In this document: one piece after another, positions 8,658 to 15,927 of the stretch | Position numbering within the stretch: the first letter of the stretch is position 1 | How the letters are laid out: every line of letters starts with the position of its first letter | Source of the DNA: Gammaproteobacteria bacterium | Lineage (GTDB): Bacteria > Pseudomonadota > Gammaproteobacteria > Steroidobacterales > Steroidobacteraceae | Direction: 5' to 3' | Assembly (NCBI GenBank): GCA_015655465.1 | Contig: JAATEY010000004.1 | Span: forward strand, 1-55,187 | DNA length: 55,187 nucleotides | The notes under the pieces: generated by a model | The model's database searches: none | What the model was told of the DNA's origin: nothing | What the model saw: the letters and a program-made list of their open reading frames with translations, nothing else | Translations under genes and position numbers: made by a program

Positions 8658-10655
8658 TCATCTGCCTGACGTTGCGCCTGGGCTCACGGCGTTCAGCCAT
8701 GTTCGCGTGTCCTGCGCCTGCGGATCACGCAGCCACGCGAACACCAGCGTATTCCAGAGAATGCGCAGCACATACGTGCGCGTCTCGTTGTAGGGAATGT
8801 TCTCGATCCATATGTCCGGATCCATCGCGCGCGGAGGCAGCCACCGCTGCACCGCGCCGGGCCCTGCGTTGTAGCCCGCAAGCGCCACTGGCAGCTGGTC
8901 ACCAAAGCGGTCGAGCAGCTCTTTCAGGTGGGCCGCGCCGAGCACGACATTGACTGATGGCTCGAACAGGGCGGTGACCGATGGCACCGGCTGCTTCCAC
9001 AGGCGGGCCGTTCGGCGGGCCGACTCTGGCAGCAGCTGCATCAGGCCGCGCGCATCGGCAGTTGAAACCGCGTCACTGCGGTACAGGCTTTCCTGGCGTA
9101 TGACACCGTAGATGAGGTCGGAGGGCAGACCCGAGACCTGCGCCGCAGCTGCCACCTCCGCGTCGTAAGGCCGCGGGTACAGCAGCGCATAGTCGTTGAA
9201 CACCCGCTCGCCAGTCGCAGTGGCGACTGCCTGGTCGTACCAGCCCCAGCGCGCGGCGAGATGGATGGCCTGGGCCCGCGCGGGCGGCTGCAGCGAATCC
9301 TGGCCGAAACGCCACTCGGCCTGCGCGTTGCTCACGAGCCCGCTCAAGCGAAGCTCGCGTGCGCGCACGAACGGCGGCAGGTTCCCGATGCTGGCGAGCT
9401 GCGTTGCGTCCAGCGGCAGGCCTTTCGGATTCGGCGCGATCCTGCGCTTCAGCCGCGCCGCGGCCATCGCGGAGTAGTAGTTGTCCTCCGCGAGGATCGA
9501 TTCGTACAGCTGCTGCGCAGAGGCGGTCTCTCCCTGCTGTGCCGCCACGCGCGCCGCCCAGTAGCGCCAGCGCGCGGTGCGACGGTTCTCTTCCGACATG
9601 GCGGCGATGCTGCGTGAGGCCTGCTTCCAGTCACCGGCCCACAGTGCTGCCCGCGCTTGCCACTCGCGGGCGGAGTCGTCGAAGTCGGAAGCATCGACGC
9701 GCGCGAAGTACTTGAGCGCATCCGCATCGCGGTCCCACGACAGCGCCAGCGCAAGTGCCAGCGCGAACGGGCTCGCCGCGCGCGCGTCGAGCTTGCGTGC
9801 ACGCAGCAGCGTCTCGAAGCGCTGCCCGGCCGCCGCCCGATCGGCGCGCGCCAGTAGCGTCCACCCGGCGAGCAGCGTGCGGGTGTCGACAGTGGTCTGC
9901 GGCGCGGTGAGCAGGGCATCGATCTCGCGTTGCGGGTTCTCGAGCAGTGCGGCCCATTGCAGCAGCGGGCCGGCCCGCTCGGCCGGCAGCGGTCGGGCGA
10001 TCTGGCGCGCGAAGGCCGCATTGCCGCCTTCGAGCGCGAGGCGCACGCGCTGCTCGATCAACGCATCGCTTAAAGTCCCGATGCTGCGCAGCCAGTCGAA
10101 CGCGCGTTCGCACTCGGGAAGGCTGCGCGGCGTCAGCCAGGCCTGGGCCACCTCCGCCGCCAGGCCCTCGGTGCGCTGCAGTTCGATACGCGCGGTGAAT
10201 CCATGACAGCGCAACGCAGCGCCGTCGCTCGCGTCGCGATGAAACGCGAGGAACTGGTTCCACCTGGCGCGCCCGGCGAGGCCGGCGAGCCAGCTGCGGC
10301 GCAAGTCCTGCGCCACCGGTTCCCCTTCGTGGGCACGGAGGAACAACGCGACCTGCTCATCCAGCACCGCCGGCACGCCGGCGCCCGCGACACCCAGGGC
10401 CTGGCCCAGGCGCGCGGCCTGCAGGTAGGGATACAGGACGTAGCTGCGCAGACTCGCACTGTCGACAGTTGCGACGACGGCGGGAGCGTCGGCGACCCGG
10501 CCATAGGCCTGCTGGAACTCGGTGCGCTGTCCGGCGAGCGGGTCGCCGGGGCTCGCGGCGCGGCTGCCCGGGAGTGCGAACAGCATTGCGAGGCATGCTA
10601 CAAGCCAGCGCCGACAGAGGGGGCCCGGTGCAGATTGGTCTGGAGTGTTGTGCAT
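8658..10655 (-). CDS. slt: soluble lytic murein transglycosylase (Slt70-like)
   Basis: 665 aa with a signal peptide, a long superhelical Ala/Leu/Arg/Trp-rich U-domain and a C-terminal SLT catalytic domain (IRQESLYRSDAVSTADARGLMQLLPESA ... AGYNAGPG). Confidence 0.9.
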   Translation of the reverse strand: MHNTPDQSAPGPLCRRWLVACLAMLFALPGSRAASPGDPLAGQRTEFQQAYGRVADAPAVVATVDSASLRSYVLYPYLQAARLGQALGVAGAGVPAVLDEQVALFLRAHEGEPVAQDLRRSWLAGLAGRARWNQFLAFHRDASDGAALRCHGFTARIELQRTEGLAAEVAQAWLTPRSLPECERAFDWLRSIGTLSDALIEQRVRLALEGGNAAFARQIARPLPAERAGPLLQWAALLENPQREIDALLTAPQTTVDTRTLLAGWTLLARADRAAAGQRFETLLRARKLDARAASPFALALALALSWDRDADALKYFARVDASDFDDSAREWQARAALWAGDWKQASRSIAAMSEENRRTARWRYWAARVAAQQGETASAQQLYESILAEDNYYSAMAAARLKRRIAPNPKGLPLDATQLASIGNLPPFVRARELRLSGLVSNAQAEWRFGQDSLQPPARAQAIHLAARWGWYDQAVATATGERVFNDYALLYPRPYDAEVAAAAQVSGLPSDLIYGVIRQESLYRSDAVSTADARGLMQLLPESARRTARLWKQPVPSVTALFEPSVNVVLGAAHLKELLDRFGDQLPVALAGYNAGPGAVQRWLPPRAMDPDIWIENIPYNETRTYVLRILWNTLVFAWLRDPQAQDTRTWLNAVSPGATSGR

Positions 10656-10892
10656 AGGTGGCGCGAGGGCATCGATAGTCGGATATCAATACCATGCCCC
10701 CGGCGAGGTGTTCGACTACCAGCACACGCCGTTCCGAAGCCCGGCGCCTGCAGCCGCATCCATTTCCGGTGCGACGACCAAGGGCGTTACTTCAGTCTTG
10801 ACGCGGCGCATCATCGGGCGGGAAGTCATAGGTAGAGATTGTCTGGATCTGGCGCTAGGTTACGCATTGAACGGGCGCGTAGCGAGAAGGTC

Positions 10893-11501
10893 ATGAAGCA
10901 ACCTGCACAACTCCTGTCCACGGTACGTGTCGCGTTGATCTGTTGTGCAGGCACCTTGCCTGCCGTCGCGGCCGCACCGGATGTTCCGGTCCTCGCCCAG
11001 GAACTCGAGAAAGTGCGAGCTTCCGGGGAGGTTCTAGCTGCCTTGTGGACTCGCCGCAGCGACTCCTACACCCTGCAGATCGTGCTTCGCAACCCGTTGT
11101 CTGGCGTGTTTGGGTCTCGCACGCTGGCGCTGATCGACGGCCGGCGCGTTGTTTCGACCTCCAACCAGGCGGATGTGGCGATGCCGCCCAACCCGGCAAC
11201 GCAAATATCCCGACCAGACGCGGAAGCAATCAAGACGCTGGTAGGGGACGCACTGAAGCCACTCCCGCGAACCCAGGTGTGGCTCCTGGGACCGGACGGC
11301 ACACTCATTCTTCCGACACAGCGCCCGGCCGATAATTCCAGGCCCAATGCCACCAGCCTCCGCAACATCGGGACCGCGGGGTCCGAGTTGCTGTACAGGT
11401 TCCTGCTCTCCGACGGCCAGAATGCGGTTGCCGCAGCGGTCATGATCGGCGACAACTTCTACATCGAGCGACTGGCACCACTCGAGGTCGACAGGAAATA
11501 G
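10893..11501 (+). CDS. hypothetical secreted protein
   Basis: Frame 10839..11501 trimmed to ATG 10893 (MKQPAQLLSTVRVALICCAGTLPAVAAAP signal peptide). No family recognised. Confidence 0.5.
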   Translation: MKQPAQLLSTVRVALICCAGTLPAVAAAPDVPVLAQELEKVRASGEVLAALWTRRSDSYTLQIVLRNPLSGVFGSRTLALIDGRRVVSTSNQADVAMPPNPATQISRPDAEAIKTLVGDALKPLPRTQVWLLGPDGTLILPTQRPADNSRPNATSLRNIGTAGSELLYRFLLSDGQNAVAAAVMIGDNFYIERLAPLEVDRK

Positions 11502-11797
11502 TCGGCGGCTGCCCCGATAGCTGGACTGCATTCGTTGACCCTGCGGTCCGCGCGAGCATCTTCGGCGTCACGGCACAATTCCCGACCCCTCGACCGCCGA
11601 CAAGATGAACCGCGCGTCGGAAAGATGCCTCTTGCAATAGTAGATATCTGCATCGGCACACCAGCGCCGTCTGAAAAAGGCGGTGCTCCTCCACGCTCGA
11701 GGCTGGCGGTGGGCGTGGCTCTGAAGCATAGTCGGTGTTCTCCGTTTCATCAGTCGGACGACCGGATGCGAATCGAATCGCGCGTCGGGAGAAGGGA

Positions 11798-12292
11798 ATG
11801 AATGCCGAAGAAGACATCGAGCGACGCGCTCACGAGCTTTGGGAAGCAGAGGGTCGCCCGGACTCCAGAGCACTCGATCATTGGTTCCAGGCGAAGGAAG
11901 AGACAGCCTGCAAGGCTCTCGGCTCTGCCACTTACAAAGCCACCCAGCAAGGTTCGGTGGTCACGGTCACTGCCAGCGGTGCCTTGCCAAGACACGGTAT
12001 GCAGGCTTCATTGGAAAACAACCGGCTGGAACCGGATGACCCGGATTACGCGGGCGTGGTCCTTGGGTACATGCTGCTCTTCCGGCCGGTCGGGCCGCTC
12101 GGCGAAGCAGGGCCTGTTGCGTTTCAGGCGACTGCAACGTTTGAGTACCAGGGCAGCGTCAACAAGGTTCTGGTATTCGACCGTTACGGGCCGCACATGG
12201 TGAAAGTAGCGCGGCCCCGGGTGAGCGTAACCAAACCTGAAAAAGTGGTCCCCGTCTTGAAGTCTCCCGCTCCCAAGCGGTCAAGGAAATGA
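11798..12292 (+). CDS. DUF2934-domain protein with unknown C-terminal domain
   Basis: Frame trimmed to ATG 11798. N-terminal IERRAHELWEAEGRPDSRALDHWFQAKEE matches the DUF2934 signature as I remember it. Basic C-terminal tail. Confidence 0.65.
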   Translation: MNAEEDIERRAHELWEAEGRPDSRALDHWFQAKEETACKALGSATYKATQQGSVVTVTASGALPRHGMQASLENNRLEPDDPDYAGVVLGYMLLFRPVGPLGEAGPVAFQATATFEYQGSVNKVLVFDRYGPHMVKVARPRVSVTKPEKVVPVLKSPAPKRSRK

Positions 12293-12344
12293 ACCGGATG
12301 CGCCATGCAATGCAGGGCATCTCCAACGCGGCCGGGATCGAGTG

Positions 12345-12602
12345 CTAGCTATGGTCCTTGATGTGGTTGCGCAGATACTCACTGTGTGCGTGATCCTTCT
12401 CCTTCTTCACGGCGCGGGCCTTGCCGTGTTCCGCGGCGAGCGAGCGCTCACGCGTCTTGCCAGTGCTCACGGAGGCGGAAAACGGGAATAATCGCTCGGG
12501 GTTCGCGGCGCCGCAGGCCGGACAGTCCGGCGTCTCGTTCAGCTTGACGATCTGCTCGAAGCGGTGTGCGCACTTTCGGCATTTGTAGTCGTAGATCGGC
12601 AT
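12345..12602 (-). CDS. FmdB-family zinc-ribbon putative regulatory protein
   Basis: MPIYDYKCRKCAHRFEQIV...CPACGA: the CxxC...CxxC zinc-ribbon N-terminus typical of the FmdB/CxxC_CxxC_SSSS family. Lies 39 nt downstream of paralog P1 on the same strand. Confidence 0.85.
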   Translation of the reverse strand: MPIYDYKCRKCAHRFEQIVKLNETPDCPACGAANPERLFPFSASVSTGKTRERSLAAEHGKARAVKKEKDHAHSEYLRNHIKDHS

Positions 12603-12641
12603 GGGAACAAGATACCTGAAGTGCTCCCGTCGATTGGCTGG

Positions 12642-13385
12642 TTATCGCGACGCCGACGGCTTTGCCGGTGCCGCTCCTTCCCCTGCCGGCTGCATCCGGT
12701 GCAGCGACAGCGTGAAACGGATGAACGGGTCGTCGTTGATTTCGATATCAATGGTCATGAACAGAAGCTTCGCGTCGGGTCTGGCATCGATGCGGATGGT
12801 CCTGTCGCAGGTTCGCCATTGTGCTTCGCCCCGGGGTGGCGGTCTCATTGAATTGAGCAGGACGGGCGTGTTCACGCATGGCGTCCTGAAAGTCGCAGTA
12901 TTGCCAGCGATGAAGCCCAGCCCGCCTTCGGGAAGACCCTTGTTGTCCACCAGCAGATAATTGATTCCCGACTTGCCGGGATCGAGGCCATACAGCGCCA
13001 TCGCCGGGTCCAGGTAGGACACGCCGCCCGGGATGTTGTAAACCCCGCCCCGCTCCGTGTCCGAGGGAGTCACCACTTCATGGATGTCCTCCCACGCCAC
13101 ATTGAGGATGCACTGCACGCCGGGACCGGTGCCCACGGAGACGCAGTCAGCCGTGCCCTTGATCCCCTCGCAGTAGCCACAGTCGCCTTTGGCAACCACG
13201 TTGATGATGCCCTCGAACTGGTACCTTCCCACCAGCCGCCTGAGCCAGACATCCGGCTCCGCTGTCGGCGTGACGATCTCCTCCAGTTTCGGCTCCGTAT
13301 GCGGCTGGGCGCTGACTCTGCCCGGAGCCAGCAGGGCGGTACATGCCAGCAGTGCGACGACCATGACGCGGAGGCAGCAGATCAT
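12642..13385 (-). CDS. secreted Cys-rich protein, uncharacterised paralog family (copy P1)
   Basis: ORF 12642..13460 trimmed to ATG 13385 (MICCLRVMVVALLACTALLAPGRVSA signal peptide). Shares the blocks WLRRLVGRYQFEG, GTGPGVQCILNVAW, LLVDNKGLPEGGLG, ATFRTPCVN and RTCDRTIRIDA with P2-P4. Confidence 0.8.
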   Translation of the reverse strand: MICCLRVMVVALLACTALLAPGRVSAQPHTEPKLEEIVTPTAEPDVWLRRLVGRYQFEGIINVVAKGDCGYCEGIKGTADCVSVGTGPGVQCILNVAWEDIHEVVTPSDTERGGVYNIPGGVSYLDPAMALYGLDPGKSGINYLLVDNKGLPEGGLGFIAGNTATFRTPCVNTPVLLNSMRPPPRGEAQWRTCDRTIRIDARPDAKLLFMTIDIEINDDPFIRFTLSLHRMQPAGEGAAPAKPSASR

Positions 13386-13467
13386 GGCCTGGGGCGTATC
13401 TAAGTTGAAGCGCGCCGCCAGCTCGTTGTTCAGTTCGGCATCGATCTGCATGTCGATCACCTTGCCT
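13386..13467 (-). pseudogene. relic of the 3' end of a P4-type paralog fused in frame to P1
   Basis: Encodes (KV)IDMQIDAELNNELAARFNLDTPQA directly upstream of the P1 ATG. It aligns to the P4 C-terminus (KVIDMQIDTELNTLLAARFNFRMRRVAQIQTPAAKP) with a ~29-nt deletion. No upstream body remains. Confidence 0.6.
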
Positions 13468-13480
13468 TGAACCTTGTTCT

Positions 13481-13508
13481 GCCCCGGGCCGGCAATCCGG
13501 CTCGGGGC
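13481..13508 (-). terminator. GC-rich hairpin downstream of the ABM-domain gene
   Basis: GCCCCGAGCCGG-ATTG-CCGGCCCGGGGC on the minus strand (12-bp stem, 1 mismatch), 8 nt after the stop at 13516. No U-tract. Confidence 0.35.
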
Positions 13509-13515
13509 AGCGCTG

Positions 13516-13893
13516 CTAACGCTTTCTGGCAGGCTTCTTTTTCTTCTTGGCAGCAGAGGATTTCTTTTTCTTTTTCGCCGCTTTCACGGGCTTCGCCGTG
13601 GCGAGCTTCAGAATTACCGCACCCGATACCGGATCGGTTACGCCAAGTTCGCCGCCAAGGTCCTCCAGTGCATCGCGAATGCCATCCAGCATGGAGATCA
13701 TCTGGGGACGCGCATTGACGATGCTCTGCTGGGTTCTCCACTCGGCAATGAAACAATAGGTCCGATCGCCCGTCTTGATTACCGATCCGCCAATGAACCC
13801 CTTGAGTTGGGGTCTGGCTTTGCGGTGATAGTCGATGAACCGTTCTTCTTCGCCGGGTTTGACACGGAATCGCACGACGTTGAACGCAGTCAT
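13516..13893 (-). CDS. ABM (antibiotic-biosynthesis-monooxygenase-like, ferredoxin-fold) domain protein with poly-lysine tail
   Basis: Frame trimmed to ATG 13893, preceded by AAGGAG. About 95-aa ABM-like core (MTAFNVVRFRVKPGEEERF...CFIAEWRTQQS) followed by ...AKPVKAAKKKKKSSAAKKKKKPARKR. Confidence 0.7.
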   Translation of the reverse strand: MTAFNVVRFRVKPGEEERFIDYHRKARPQLKGFIGGSVIKTGDRTYCFIAEWRTQQSIVNARPQMISMLDGIRDALEDLGGELGVTDPVSGAVILKLATAKPVKAAKKKKKSSAAKKKKKPARKR

Positions 13894-14300
13894 GGCGCTA
13901 CTCCTTTTGCAAAAAGTTGATGTTTCCTGGCAACCTGCATGCGCCGGTTTTTCGTGAAATAGGTCTCGCGGCTGCATGCGGATGCGTTTGGCACGGTGCG
14001 AGCATAACTTACACTTCCGGACGCCGCCTTCCCCGGTGCCACATTTCCTGCGCATTCCGTCCCACTAAGGATTGTTGGGGACTGCTGAAACTTCGTCATG
14101 TTCGCGCCCGTCCCATCGTACGTACTGACAGATTCGAAACGAGGTAGCCGACATGTATACGATTGCACTCTCCACCCTGTTGTTTCACAGCCTTGTCACC
14201 GTGGCAATGATGCTGGGCATGGCGCTGACTTCCTGCCTGCCGGACCGGCCAACGCGCACATGATTGCCGCATGTGGCGACTGTGGCCGGCATCGGCCGGG

Positions 14301-15134
14301 CTATCGCGACGCGGAAGGCTTTGCCGGCGCCGGGACTTCCCCGGTCTGCGGCACGCGGCGCAGCGACATCGTGTAGCGGGTCCAGATCTCGTCGTTGATT
14401 GCGAAGTCGATCGACATATGCAGGAGCCTGGCGTCGGGCTCCGCGTCGATGCGGAGGGTTCTTTCGCAGGTTCGCGGGGTTTGCCGGAACAAGGGTGGTT
14501 CGGCTGGTTGAGGTGGCGGTTTCATCTTTTCAAGCATGGTGGGCGCGTTCACGCAGGGCGTCTTGAAGGTCGCCCTGTCGCCAGCAATGGAGCCCAGCCC
14601 GCCTTCGGGCAGACCCTTGTTGTCCACCAGCAGATGATTGATCGCCGACTTGCCGGGATCGAGGCCAAACAGCAGCATCGACGGACCCAGGCTGGACACG
14701 CCGCCCGGCAGGTTGTACACCCCGGCCAGCGGGTTGTACCGCTGGTTCGGCTTGAGTTCCTTGGGATACACCACTTCATACAGGTCTTCCCAGGTCACAT
14801 TGAGTACGCACTGCACACCGGGACCGGTGCCGATGCCCGTGCAGTCACCCTTGCCCTTCATCGCCTTGCAGTACGGTACCGGTTCGGGGGGCGGGTCTCC
14901 GGCGCCGGGTTCATCCGGGTCGGGAACGCACCTGTAACCAGGATAGGTCACTTCGACCATGCCTTCGACACTGTACCTTCCCACCAGCCGCCTCAGCCAG
15001 GCGGCGATGTCCGCTGGCTCCGTGACGGGCCTCGCCTGGGTGACGGCCTGGCCTGCCGCGGAAGGGCGTGGCACGGCGTGCGCGCCGCCGGAGGCAAACA
15101 TCGCGATACAAGCCAGTACGGTTATTGCGCGCAT
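14301..15134 (-). CDS. secreted Cys-rich protein, uncharacterised paralog family (copy P2)
   Basis: ORF 14301..15380 trimmed to ATG 15134 (MRAITVLACIAMFASGGAHA signal peptide). Same conserved blocks as P1/P3. Carries a 19-residue Pro/Asp-rich insert between Cys1 and Cys2. Confidence 0.8.
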   Translation of the reverse strand: MRAITVLACIAMFASGGAHAVPRPSAAGQAVTQARPVTEPADIAAWLRRLVGRYSVEGMVEVTYPGYRCVPDPDEPGAGDPPPEPVPYCKAMKGKGDCTGIGTGPGVQCVLNVTWEDLYEVVYPKELKPNQRYNPLAGVYNLPGGVSSLGPSMLLFGLDPGKSAINHLLVDNKGLPEGGLGSIAGDRATFKTPCVNAPTMLEKMKPPPQPAEPPLFRQTPRTCERTLRIDAEPDARLLHMSIDFAINDEIWTRYTMSLRRVPQTGEVPAPAKPSASR

Positions 15135-15151
15135 GATGGCTTTTCCTGACC

Positions 15152-15927
15152 CTATCGCGACGCCGGGGATGCGCTGGATACCACGGGGCCCTGAACCTGC
15201 GGCACGCGGCGCAGCGACATCACGTAGCGGGTGAACGGCTCTTCGTTGATGTCGATGTCGATCGACATGAACACGAGCTTGGCGTCCGGTTTGGCGTCGA
15301 TGTAGATGGTTCTGTCGCAGGTTCGTGCCGGTGGGTCCAGCGGTTTCATCGCGCCAAGCAGGGCGGGCCCGTTCACGCATGGCGTCTTGAAGGTCGCCCG
15401 GTTGCCAGCGACGAAGCCCAGCCCGCCTTCGGGAAGACCCTTGTTGTCCACCAGCAGATAGTTGATCCCCGATTTGCCGGGATCGAGGCCAAACAGGAGC
15501 ATCGCCGGATCCAGGTAGGACACACCGCCCGGCAGGTTATACACCTTGCCGTCATCCATATTCACATCGTAGAGGTCCTGCCATGTGACATTGAGTACGC
15601 ACTGCACGCCGGCGCCGGTGCCGATCGCGATGCAGTCACCCTTGCCCTTGATCGAACTGCACCAGGGTTCGGCCGGAGGAGGCGGGTTGGAATTGGCCGG
15701 GTCCGGTGGGAGCTGACCGCACCTGTGATCCTCGGTTTTGACCACTTCGACGAGGCCCTCGAACTGGTACCTTCCCACCAGTCGTTTGAGCCAGACATCC
15801 ATGGCCGGGTCGGCGCCACCACTTCATCCAACCGCGGTTCCGTACGCGGCTGGGCGCTGGCCCTGCCGGAGAGCAGCGCCGTACACCCCAGCAGCGCGAT
15901 CACCATGATGCGGAAGCAGCAGATCAT
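15152..15927 (-). pseudogene. secreted Cys-rich paralog (copy P3) with an apparent 1-nt frameshift between signal peptide and mature domain
   Basis: Signal-peptide exon-like part (ATG 15927, MICCFRIMVIALLGCTALLSGRASAQPRTEPRLDEVVAPT) is in a different frame from the body (15802..15152, MDVWLKRLVGRYQFEG...). Alignment to P1 DNA shows one missing nucleotide near 15805-15812. Confidence 0.6.

Noticed and set aside
14153-14263. 36-aa plus-strand ORF MYTIALSTLLFHSLVTVAMMLGMALTSCLPDRPTRT (hydrophobic, lipobox-like LTSC) in the 400-bp gap inside the paralog array.
   Set aside because: Only a weak SD and no supporting conservation is visible. Small hydrophobic ORFs arise easily by chance. Ribo-seq or comparative data would be needed.
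15795-15830. Programmed ribosomal frameshifting as the explanation for the split P3 gene.
   Set aside because: No slippery heptamer or obvious downstream pseudoknot. Comparison with P1 shows a simple 1-nt length difference, so a mutation or sequencing indel is the simpler explanation.
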